Source of the DNA: Thermoplasmata archaeon
GTDB taxonomy: Archaea; Thermoplasmatota; Thermoplasmata; Lutacidiplasmatales; UBA184
Assembly (NCBI GenBank): GCA_028864975.1
Contig: JAGWLG010000036.1
Span: 1-36,258 of the forward strand
Direction: 5' to 3'
Length of the DNA: 36,258 nt
The notes under the pieces: model-generated
Database searches by the model: none
The model's input: only the letters and a program-made list of their open reading frames with translations
Told to the model about the DNA's origin: nothing
Program-made: the position numbers and the translations under genes
Shown here: positions 1 to 8,104 of the stretch, one piece after another
Layout of the letters: each line of letters begins with the position of its first letter
Position numbering within the stretch: position 1 is the first letter of the stretch

Positions 1-729
1 GTTCCGGCGCGCTACGCCGAGGTGGGGCGGGTGAGCTCCCTCCACACTCGGATGGGATTCACCGACGACATCGGCCGCGGCAAGTCGAGCTTCATGGTCG
101 AGATGGGGGAGGTGGCGGAGATCCTGACACGGAGCGACAGCCGGAGCCTCGTCCTCCTGGACGAGGTCGGTCGAGGCACGAGCACGTCCGACGGGCTCGC
201 GCTCGCGTGGGGTGTCGTGCGATATCTCCACGACAAGGTCGGGGCGCGCGCCCTTGTCGCGACACACTACCATGACCTTATCGGACTCGTCGAGGGTCTC
301 CCCGCGGCCCGGAACGCGCACCTCGCGGTGCGCGAAGAGAAGGGGGAGATCACATTCCTGCGCACGCTCCTCCCGGGAGGAACGGAGAAGAGCTACGGCG
401 TCCATGTGGCGCAGCTCGCGGGCGTCCCGGCCCCCGTGCTTGAGGAGGCCCGCCGGATGCTCCGCGCCCCCCGGTCCGCCGCCCCCGCGTCAGGGTCTTC
501 CGTCCGACGCAGCCGCACCTCGGCTACCGGTCCCACGCCCGAGAGGTACACCCAGGCAGTCTTCGTGGAGGACCCCCAGGTAGAGCGAGCGCGCGAGATC
601 CTTCGGGAGGTGAACGCTCTCGAGGTCGAGAAGATGACCCCTGTTGAAGCCTTGAACCGTCTCCATCAGCTCTGGAGAAAGGCGCACCCGGAGCCTGCGT
701 CGGAAATGCGCAGTCTTCCCCAGACCTGA
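1..729 (+). CDS. mutS: DNA mismatch repair protein MutS, C-terminal part (5' truncated by window edge)
   Basis: Frame is open from base 1 (VPARYAEVGRVSSLHTRMGFTDDIGRGKSSFMVEM). It carries Walker B LVLLDEVGRGTST, ATHYH, the SYGVHVAQLAGVP helix-turn-helix and the C-terminal MTPVEALNRL motif. Confidence 0.96.
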   Translation, partial: VPARYAEVGRVSSLHTRMGFTDDIGRGKSSFMVEMGEVAEILTRSDSRSLVLLDEVGRGTSTSDGLALAWGVVRYLHDKVGARALVATHYHDLIGLVEGLPAARNAHLAVREEKGEITFLRTLLPGGTEKSYGVHVAQLAGVPAPVLEEARRMLRAPRSAAPASGSSVRRSRTSATGPTPERYTQAVFVEDPQVERAREILREVNALEVEKMTPVEALNRLHQLWRKAHPEPASEMRSLPQT

Positions 730-798
730 CAGGGCCAACGATGGGGAGGGGGGGGTGTCATGCCCTCGCCCGTACCAGTATGGCACCTCTCGGAGGTC

Positions 799-805
799 TT
801 TTATA
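799..805 (+). promoter_or_regulatory. TATA-box candidate for DUF1326 gene
   Basis: TTTTATA in a GC-rich context, 22-28 nt upstream of ATG 827. Confidence 0.6.
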
Positions 806-826
806 CGTCAAACTAGGTGCCTGGTC

Positions 827-1453
827 ATGGCTCCGCCCAAGTGGAACTTCGAGGCCGAATACATCCAAAGCTGCAACTGCGATTACGGCTGCCCGTGCAA
901 CTTCAACGGCTACCCTTCCTACGGGAACTGCGAAGCCCTCGTGGCCTGGAAGATCCGCAAGGGGCAGTTCGGCTCGACCAAGCTAGATGGGGCCATCGTT
1001 GCGACAGGGATGTGGTTCCCTGGGGCGCTCCACGAGGGGAATGGGACGGCGGCGGCGTACTTCGACCCGTCTACGACCCCGGACCAACGGGAGGCCTTGG
1101 GGCAGATCCTGACGGGGAAGGTCGGGGGCGGGTTCTTTGAGATCGCCGGGAAGATCGTGAGCAGGTTCCACGCGCCGAAGGTGGCCAAGATCGACTTCCA
1201 CTTCGATGGGTACGACAGCTGGTTCACCGTCGACGGCGTAGGCGAGGTCCGCTCCACCCATATCCTGAACCCGGTGACCAAGCAACCGTTCGAGGGGTCG
1301 ATCAAGCTCCCCGGTGGAATCATCTTCAAGGATGGGCTCGTGACCGGCATCCGGAAGTGGTGGCTCAAGGACGAGGACCTCCTCTCCCACCATGAGAACA
1401 AGAACGGCCACGTGGCCGTCGTAAAGTTCAACGAGACCGGCTGCGTCGGGTAG
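827..1453 (+). CDS. DUF1326 family protein (Cys-rich, putative metal-binding)
   Basis: N-terminal SCNCDYGCPCNFNG motif, plus CEAL and PG.LHEGNG. Start moved from ORF-track 755 to ATG 827 (MAPPKWNF), just downstream of the TATA box. Confidence 0.85.
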   Translation: MAPPKWNFEAEYIQSCNCDYGCPCNFNGYPSYGNCEALVAWKIRKGQFGSTKLDGAIVATGMWFPGALHEGNGTAAAYFDPSTTPDQREALGQILTGKVGGGFFEIAGKIVSRFHAPKVAKIDFHFDGYDSWFTVDGVGEVRSTHILNPVTKQPFEGSIKLPGGIIFKDGLVTGIRKWWLKDEDLLSHHENKNGHVAVVKFNETGCVG

Positions 1454-1492
1454 AGCGCGACGTCCGCGGCGGCCCCCTCCCCTGCTCCTGCG

Positions 1493-2362
1493 GTGAGAGG
1501 GCGGGCCGCAGGCACCGCGGAAGAAGGGGCTCCTACCCTCCGTTCCTCTTCTTGGTCGGAGGACCACACCTCGCCGGGTCCGGCCAAGGGCTCCCGCCCA
1601 TTCGCTTCCTTCGGCCTGTTCGCGCTGTTGGGGCTCCTCTCCTTGGTCGCGTGGGGGGCGACCTTGGCCAACGCCGAGGGCAGGGGCTCAGCGATGATGG
1701 TGATGATGGTGACCGGGGCGGGTACGCCGGGACTTCTCTTCTTCTTGGGCTCGTGGACCCTCATGATGGTCGCCATGATGTTCCCTTCCGCGGCCCCGAT
1801 GGTGCGCAGTTTCGTCGCGCTCTCGAGAAAGGGCCACGCCGGGTCCTCCGCCCGTGGGATCGGGGAGAGCGGCGTCTTCCTCGGAGCCTACGTGCTCGTA
1901 TGGACGCTCTTCGGGGTCGGTATCGTCGCCCTCTACTTCCTGGCCTCACCCCACGTTGGTGCCCTCGCCTCCCGGGGGAACATGGGCGTGACAATCGCCG
2001 GGGTCGTGCTCCTCGCCGCGGGGGTCTACCAGTTCACTCCGCTCAAGAGGGTATGCCTGAAGGGCTGCCAATCCCCGCTCGAGTTCCTCCTGCGTCGCTG
2101 GAGGAGCGGCCTCAAGGGGGCCTTTTCGGTGGGCCTCCGCCACGCCTCGTTCTGCGTTGGATGCTGCTGGCTCCTCTTCATCGTGCTCTTCGCCGTGGGA
2201 GTCATGTCGCTACCATGGATGGCCTTCCTGGGAGTAGCGATCTTCGCCGAGAAGACCTTCCCTCGGGGAGATCAGGTGGCCCACGCGTTGGGCGCCCTAT
2301 TCATGGTCACCGGCGCAGTCTTCCTCGCGCTCCCCAGCGTGGGCGCGGGGTTCCTCGTCTGA
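1493..2362 (+). CDS. DUF2182 family predicted metal-binding integral membrane protein
   Basis: Multiple TM segments with WTLMMVAMMFPSAAPMV, YQFTPLKRVCLKGCQSP and CVGCCW motifs. It follows DUF1326, the usual pairing. Exact start uncertain. Confidence 0.87.
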   Translation: MRGRAAGTAEEGAPTLRSSSWSEDHTSPGPAKGSRPFASFGLFALLGLLSLVAWGATLANAEGRGSAMMVMMVTGAGTPGLLFFLGSWTLMMVAMMFPSAAPMVRSFVALSRKGHAGSSARGIGESGVFLGAYVLVWTLFGVGIVALYFLASPHVGALASRGNMGVTIAGVVLLAAGVYQFTPLKRVCLKGCQSPLEFLLRRWRSGLKGAFSVGLRHASFCVGCCWLLFIVLFAVGVMSLPWMAFLGVAIFAEKTFPRGDQVAHALGALFMVTGAVFLALPSVGAGFLV

Positions 2363-2463
2363 ACGACAGCCGCCCTCGCGGGGGGATCCACCGTGCCCCC
2401 GTCGGACCTCGGTCGGGGCGATCCGAGAAGCCTTGATTTCCCAGGGGGGGCGTGGCGGGGGCG

Positions 2464-4329
2464 ATGGCCGCAAGTCCGGCAGCGGGTCGCGTCGCCCGCG
2501 GCCCCGAGCGCCGACGTATCCGGCGCCTCGACGAACGGACCGTTCACGAGATCGCCGCGGGGGAGGTCATCGAACGTCCCGCTTCCGTCGTCAAGGAGCT
2601 CGTGGAGAACTCGCTCGACGCGGGAGCACACGAGGTCCTTGTCCGGGTCGAGCAGGGAGGGCTCGCGCTCATCGAGGTCTCCGACGATGGCCTCGGGATC
2701 CTGCCCGAGGACCTCCCTGTCGCCTTCGAGAGGCATGCGACAAGCAAGCTCGAGAGCGCCCTCGACCTCCCTGCGGTCCGCACGCTAGGGTTCCGGGGTG
2801 AGGCCCTTGCAGCGATCGCGGCGGTGGCCCGGGTGACCCTCACGAGCCGCCCGGAAGGGGCCCACGAGGCGCGAACGCTCGAGGTCGAGGGGGGCCACGT
2901 AGGAGAGGTCCGTCCGGCCGCTCGCGCTCCCGGAACGACGCTGCTCGTCCGGGACCTCTTCTTCAACACTCCGGCTCGTCGGAAGTTCCTGAAGTCGCCG
3001 AAGACCGAGGCCCTCAAGATCGTCGAGACCCTGGAAGGCCTCTATCTCGCCCATCCGGCGGTCTCCTTCGGCCTGAGCCTCGACTGCGGCGAGATCGAGC
3101 GGTACCCGGCCGCCGCGACCTTGCAAGAGGCCACCGCCCGGGTCTTCGGGGTCCCCTTCCTGCGCAGCTCCTTCGACTTCTCCGGGGCCGCCGGCCCAGG
3201 GCTCTGGGTCGAGGGGGTCGCTTCTCATCCCTCCATGTCACGAGGCACTTCCCGCGGGATCGTGCTGGTGGTCGACGGCCGTGTCATCGTCTCGAAGGCC
3301 CTCTCCGACGGCGTCCGCTATGCCTACCACGAGCTGCTGCCCCGGGGGAGGTACCCCGTCGTCGTCCTGCATCTGAGGGCCGAGCCCGGGCGCGTGGACG
3401 TGAACGTCCACCCCACCAAGCGGGAAGTGCGCTTCGAGCGCGAGGCGGAACTACGGGAGGCCTTCCACGCCCTCTTGCGCTCAAAGCTCCACGACCAGCC
3501 TCGCGCCGCCCCCACGAGCGGACGCCTCTCCACGGGGGACTCCTCAGCCCACGCTCCGCTCGGACCCGCGGCTTCCGATGGGGCAGCGGTCCCTCCTCCG
3601 GAAGCGTTCGCGTCCGCCATGTCTCGGGGGGCCGTCGCAGCTCCCCTCGGGAACGCCCGAGGAGTTCTGTCGGCGCTTCCCACGCTCTCCTCCCACATCC
3701 GTCCCCTCGATGGCACGGGGGGCCCCACGGTGATCCCGGGGACCTCGGTCCATCCCGGCCTGGTGCTCCTCGGGCAGGTAGGGGAACTCTACATCGTTGG
3801 GGAGTCGCAGGGGTCGCCGCGATCGCTCGTGCTCATCGACGCCCACGCCGCGAGCGAGCGGGTCCTCTACGAACGGTTGAAAGCGACGGAGCCCCTGGCG
3901 CGTCAGGAACTGCTCGCTCCCCTGGAGGTCGAGCTCACGGCGAGGCAGAGGGCGACGCTTGAGACGTACGGGGGGGAGCTCGCCCGAGCCGGCTTCGTGG
4001 TCGAGCCCTTCGGCCGGTCGACCCACCGCATCCGGGCCGTGCCATTCTTCCGCGGGCACCGCGCGCGCCCTGAAGCGCTCGGTCGTCTTCTGGACGAGCT
4101 GGCCGACGGAGGGCGTGGCGGGGAGGCCGACCCGCTGCGCGAGCGGGTCGCGAAGAGCGCGGCCTGCCACATGGCGATCCGGGGCGGGGACGTCCTCTCG
4201 ATCCCGGAGATGCACCGGCTCCTGGGAGAGCTCTACGCCTGCCCCGAGAGCTTTACCTGCCCCCACGGCCGACCCATCATGCTCACGCTTCCGCGCGAGC
4301 GATTGGACCGGTGGTTCCTGCGACCGTGA
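2464..4329 (+). CDS. mutL: DNA mismatch repair endonuclease MutL
   Basis: IAAGEVIERPASVVKELVENSLDAG, GFRGEAL, DVNVHPTKREVRF, and C-terminal DAHAASERxxYE, ACH and CPHGRP motifs. Start is ATG 2464 or GTG 2452. Confidence 0.97.
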   Translation: MAASPAAGRVARGPERRRIRRLDERTVHEIAAGEVIERPASVVKELVENSLDAGAHEVLVRVEQGGLALIEVSDDGLGILPEDLPVAFERHATSKLESALDLPAVRTLGFRGEALAAIAAVARVTLTSRPEGAHEARTLEVEGGHVGEVRPAARAPGTTLLVRDLFFNTPARRKFLKSPKTEALKIVETLEGLYLAHPAVSFGLSLDCGEIERYPAAATLQEATARVFGVPFLRSSFDFSGAAGPGLWVEGVASHPSMSRGTSRGIVLVVDGRVIVSKALSDGVRYAYHELLPRGRYPVVVLHLRAEPGRVDVNVHPTKREVRFEREAELREAFHALLRSKLHDQPRAAPTSGRLSTGDSSAHAPLGPAASDGAAVPPPEAFASAMSRGAVAAPLGNARGVLSALPTLSSHIRPLDGTGGPTVIPGTSVHPGLVLLGQVGELYIVGESQGSPRSLVLIDAHAASERVLYERLKATEPLARQELLAPLEVELTARQRATLETYGGELARAGFVVEPFGRSTHRIRAVPFFRGHRARPEALGRLLDELADGGRGGEADPLRERVAKSAACHMAIRGGDVLSIPEMHRLLGELYACPESFTCPHGRPIMLTLPRERLDRWFLRP

Positions 4330-5243
4330 CCTCGACGCTCGCTTCCGCCCTCGAGCCGAAGCATGAGGGCCGCGCGACGTTCCGTGCGCTCGACCCCGAA
4401 CGCGACCGCGCAGAGATCGAACGGTTGCTGGCCCGGGCGGTCCCGCACGACTACCTGCTCCAGATGCTGGACCGATGGCTGGGCTCCCCGGGAACGCTCG
4501 GAGGGTTCGACGGCCAGGAGCTCGTCGCCATCGAGAAGCTGGAGGACCTCGAGCAGGGCGAGGGTTGGCTGGGGGCGATCCGGGTCGCGCCCGAACGACG
4601 CCGGGAGGGGTGGGCCCACCGCTTGACCGCGTGGTCGCTCGAGGTCGCGAAGCGGATGGGGATGCAGGTCGTCCGCCTCATCATCGAGGACGAGAACACC
4701 GCCTCGCGGGCCCTCTCGAAGGGTCTGGGATTCCGCTCCGTCGCCGCGCTCTCCCACTCCGTGGGGATCGCGCCGGCCACCGTCCCCTCGAGCGGGAAGG
4801 TCGCTCGCCTGGCCCGAGATGAGGAGCTCCCCGACCCTCGTGAACTGGAGGGGCTGCGGAGAACGAACGGGTTCCTGCTGACGACCGTGCCCCATCCGAT
4901 GAGGTTCGTGCGCGCGACCCCCCTTCGCCTCAAGGATGCCGCGCGCGCCGGTCACCTGCGCGTCATCGGAGATGACGTGCGGGAAGGTCTAGCCCTTCTC
5001 GGTCCTCGAGCGCCCTGGAGGTTCCGTGAAGGGCAGACCCTGCGGCTCCTCACCCCCTTGGGCGCCTCCGCCCTCGAGATCTTCGAGACGGTGAGCGAGG
5101 GGGTGCGGGAAGAAGGCTGCGAGCTGGAAGGCTTCTTGCCGGACGACCCGCCCTTCCTCCCCCCGCTGCGGAGCGCGGGCTGGAAGAGCGGCGAGCACGC
5201 CACCTGGGGTGAGCACGTCCAGCTCTACGAGGTCGCGCTTTGA
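4326..5243 (+). CDS. GNAT family N-acetyltransferase (N-terminal GNAT domain plus uncharacterised C-terminal domain)
   Basis: IRVAPERRREGWAHRL resembles acetyl-CoA motif A, and NTASRALSKGLGF resembles motif B. GTG start overlaps the mutL TGA (GTGA, 4326-4329). Confidence 0.8.
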   Translation: MTSTLASALEPKHEGRATFRALDPERDRAEIERLLARAVPHDYLLQMLDRWLGSPGTLGGFDGQELVAIEKLEDLEQGEGWLGAIRVAPERRREGWAHRLTAWSLEVAKRMGMQVVRLIIEDENTASRALSKGLGFRSVAALSHSVGIAPATVPSSGKVARLARDEELPDPRELEGLRRTNGFLLTTVPHPMRFVRATPLRLKDAARAGHLRVIGDDVREGLALLGPRAPWRFREGQTLRLLTPLGASALEIFETVSEGVREEGCELEGFLPDDPPFLPPLRSAGWKSGEHATWGEHVQLYEVAL

Positions 5244-5794
5244 GGGAGGTCGACCTCCGGGCCCCGGTCCAGCGTTTCCTCGCGGAGCGGGGCTACCGCA
5301 TCTTCGTCGACCCGGACGGCACGGACTACTTCGACGTGGTGGCCGTGAAGGGGGAGGAGGTCGGGCTCATCGAGCTCAAGGTCGCGGACTGGCGCAGGGT
5401 CCGGGAACAGGCGCTCGTCCGTCGCGGTTGGGGCGACTGGGTCGCGGTCCTGCTCCCCCGTCGTTCGCTGGCCGAGCGGGTGCTCCGGGCGGAGAGCTCC
5501 CCCCGCTCCGACCGGGTCGGGGTCTGGGTGCTCGAGGAGGGCGAGGTCCGGGTCTGCCGGGAGGCGCGGCCGATGGTGGCCCCCGGGGAGACCACGGTCT
5601 TCCCAGGGCTCAAGCAGCACCTCCTCGCTTCGCTGGCGATGAGAGAGGCAGGACTGCTTCCCCCCGAGGTCCAGTGGAGGATCGTCCACACGCCGCTGAC
5701 GAGGGGAGGGCGACGCCGACGCATGAGCGGGAAGGAATGGAAGCTCGAAGAGTTCGCGGACCCACCCCGGCGGGACCCCGAAGCGCCGAAGTGA
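5240..5794 (+). CDS. PD-(D/E)XK nuclease-superfamily protein (DUF2161/MmcB-like by eye)
   Basis: E.DL..PV..FL...GY N-terminus, FDVVAVKGEEVGLIELK (D...ExK), then QA..R....D.V...P. TTG start overlaps the GNAT TGA (TTGA, 5240-5243). Confidence 0.68.
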   Translation: MREVDLRAPVQRFLAERGYRIFVDPDGTDYFDVVAVKGEEVGLIELKVADWRRVREQALVRRGWGDWVAVLLPRRSLAERVLRAESSPRSDRVGVWVLEEGEVRVCREARPMVAPGETTVFPGLKQHLLASLAMREAGLLPPEVQWRIVHTPLTRGGRRRRMSGKEWKLEEFADPPRRDPEAPK

Positions 5795-5816
5795 CCCGCG
5801 CGCGCTCCTCCCAGGG

Positions 5817-8033
5817 TCACTGCGGGCGCGGGGTCGCCCCCGGGGAAGGTCCAGGGTGCGGCGTGAGCCAGTCGACCTTCCCTCGTCGCAGGAAGGTGTA
5901 GACGCCGCGGGAGAGCTCGGGGGAGAACGGGTGGAGGGTGGCGCAGACCACCTCCCGGAGGTCCGGCAGGAAGGGACGGATGCTCAGGCTACGGAGCCCG
6001 ATCGTGAGCAGTTCCGCGGCTTCGGCACGTCGGTAGCAGGGGGTACGCACCAACGTCGAGAAGTAGATGCGGAGGACGCTGGCGAGCGCCTTCCGGTGGT
6101 CCCGTCCTCGCCCCAGGTCGCGCACCTGGCGGGCCAGCGTGGCATAGGCGGGAAGCACGTCGAAGTTCGGGTTGGGCGCGAGAGCGACACGGTAGCGGGT
6201 GAGCCGCGAGTCACGCTCCTCGTAGATGCGCCGGCCCAACGCCATCATCTCGTAGTACTGGAGCGTGTCGCAGATCCCGTTGACGGCGAGCAGGCCCATC
6301 CGCAGCCCCTGCGCAGCCCGCCGTCGGACCGCCATGCTCGAGCAGTTGAAGTCCGGGATGTACGTCCCAGGGCCCTGGGGACGCCCCAGGAGGTCCATCC
6401 TCTGGTGCGCGTGGTGGAAGAAGGAGATGTCCGGATGCTCTCGGAAGACCGAGGCGACGGAGGGAAGCTTCTCGGGGGTGAACTCATCGTCATCGTCGAG
6501 CCAGCAGATCACTTCGCCCCGGGCGAGCTCGATGCCCAGCGCGTGCTTCGGCCCGCTCGGCGCCTCCGGGCAGTAGACCACCCGGACGCCTTGAGAGGAG
6601 AGCCATCCGTCGAGCTCGGGCTCCTCGAACCCTTTGATGACGAGGACCTCCACGTCGTCCCGGGGGAAGCTCGTGCGAAGGACGGACTCCACCGCCCCTC
6701 GGATGTACCCTTGCCGCTTCCAACCCAGCACGACCACGGAGAGGTAGGGGGCGCGAGACAGGGCGGGGGCCGACCCGGGCGCGGGACCCGCGGCCGCCGG
6801 GTCCTCTCGCGTCCAGCGGTACGGGATGGGGTGGTACGGGGTAGGATAGAACTCCCCGGAGAGCCCCCGCTCAAAGAGCTCGAGATAGGCCGTGGCCTGC
6901 CTCGCGTAGGTCTGCATCGCCTGGGCGGCCCTTCCCTCCCGCCCCATCTGTTCGAGCCGAGGAGGATCCTGGAGCAGGCTCCGAAGCGCCCGGGCGTGCG
7001 CTTCGGGGGTGTTCGGTTCCACGGCGAGGTAGTCCCTCCCCGACGTCCCGATCTCGACGTGGGCGGCCGGGGTCGTGACCACCGGGACCCCCACGGCCGC
7101 CGCCTCCTGGATGACGATGGGGTAGCCCTCGTACCGGGTCGGAAGGAAGAAGGCGTCGCAGGCCGCGATGAGCTGGTCCTTCACCTCAGGGGAGACCGAC
7201 CCCAGGCTTCGGACCCCCTCCGAGCTCGGCTGACCGTTCCCCACGTTGAGCAGGGTGACCGGGAGCCCTCCCGACCGAAGGAGGCCCACCGTCTCACGAG
7301 CGATGTCGAGCCCCTTGCGGTAGTGGTCGCGGGCGATGAAGAGCAGGTAGAGGTTCCGAGGGTCGAGGCCGAGCGCTTCGCGCGCCTTCCTCCTCTCCTC
7401 GGGGCTCCGCAACGGCCTCGCCTCCGTCCCGTTGTAGATGACTTGGACGTGCGAAGGGCGGAGGTGGTAGGTCTCGAGGAGCTCCTCTCGGACCGCGGCC
7501 GAGGGAGCGACGCAGACGTCGGCCAGGGAGGCTCCTCGCCCCTCGAGCCACCAGAGGAAGGCCCAGTCGAGGTAGTAGCCCACCCGGGGACGGAAGGTCC
7601 GGGGCCGCAGGGCCCGCCCGATCTCGAGCATCCGCAGGCTGAGCCCGTGAAGGACGCCTACCGTGAGCGGCCGCCGTCCCCCGTTCGAGCGCTGCATCGC
7701 TCTGGCGCGTCGGATCACCGGGGCTCCGCCCTGCTCGTTGTTGACGACGACCACGTCCAGGTCGTCCGGGAGCTCGCGCGCGACGTTCTGCGAGAAGCCG
7801 AACTCGGGCCCGAAGGGGAACTTCCGCAGGCTCTCCCCCGGGACCAGTTGGGCCTCCATCCCTCCCCAGCGGGAAGGGCCCGTGGGCAGGCCCGGTCGCT
7901 CCGGATAGAAGACCCGTACGCGGTGGCCTCTCCGTGCGATCTCGCGCCCCAGGAAGGACACCACGTGGGAGGAACCCATCGATTCCACGGAGGGGTGGTG
8001 CGAGGAGACGAAGGCGATGTCCAGACCCGCCAT
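5817..8033 (-). CDS. Bifunctional glycosyltransferase: N-terminal GT4 (GT-B) fused to C-terminal GT2 (GT-A)
   Basis: GT4 part: GHRVRV, VIYNG, RKGLD, FFLPTRYEGYPIVIQEAAAVGVPVV. GT2 part: LSVVVLG...IRGAVESVL and GEVICWLDDDD. Start moved to ATG 8033 (MAGLDIAFVS); the ORF-track 5' extension overlaps the AlkP gene. Confidence 0.88.
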   Translation of the reverse strand: MAGLDIAFVSSHHPSVESMGSSHVVSFLGREIARRGHRVRVFYPERPGLPTGPSRWGGMEAQLVPGESLRKFPFGPEFGFSQNVARELPDDLDVVVVNNEQGGAPVIRRARAMQRSNGGRRPLTVGVLHGLSLRMLEIGRALRPRTFRPRVGYYLDWAFLWWLEGRGASLADVCVAPSAAVREELLETYHLRPSHVQVIYNGTEARPLRSPEERRKAREALGLDPRNLYLLFIARDHYRKGLDIARETVGLLRSGGLPVTLLNVGNGQPSSEGVRSLGSVSPEVKDQLIAACDAFFLPTRYEGYPIVIQEAAAVGVPVVTTPAAHVEIGTSGRDYLAVEPNTPEAHARALRSLLQDPPRLEQMGREGRAAQAMQTYARQATAYLELFERGLSGEFYPTPYHPIPYRWTREDPAAAGPAPGSAPALSRAPYLSVVVLGWKRQGYIRGAVESVLRTSFPRDDVEVLVIKGFEEPELDGWLSSQGVRVVYCPEAPSGPKHALGIELARGEVICWLDDDDEFTPEKLPSVASVFREHPDISFFHHAHQRMDLLGRPQGPGTYIPDFNCSSMAVRRRAAQGLRMGLLAVNGICDTLQYYEMMALGRRIYEERDSRLTRYRVALAPNPNFDVLPAYATLARQVRDLGRGRDHRKALASVLRIYFSTLVRTPCYRRAEAAELLTIGLRSLSIRPFLPDLREVVCATLHPFSPELSRGVYTFLRRGKVDWLTPHPGPSPGATPRPQ

Positions 8034-8104
8034 GGTGCGCGCCCGCACCAGGCACGCCCCTCGTAAAACCTGTGCGCGGCGGTGGCGGGCTCCCCCGAGG
8101 GGGT

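Noticed and set aside
5240-5794. Calling the nuclease-like gene mutH, hjc or nucS
   Set aside because: Only the generic D...ExK core is visible, and family-specific motifs were not recognised.
5856-8066. 736-aa plus-strand ORF and other long antisense or alternate-frame ORFs (e.g. 7294-9165, 14008-15516, 16288-17928, 19520-21076, 19924-21330, 32574-33962)
   Set aside because: They lie over well-supported genes and have no recognisable motifs. Long stop-free shadow frames are expected at high GC.
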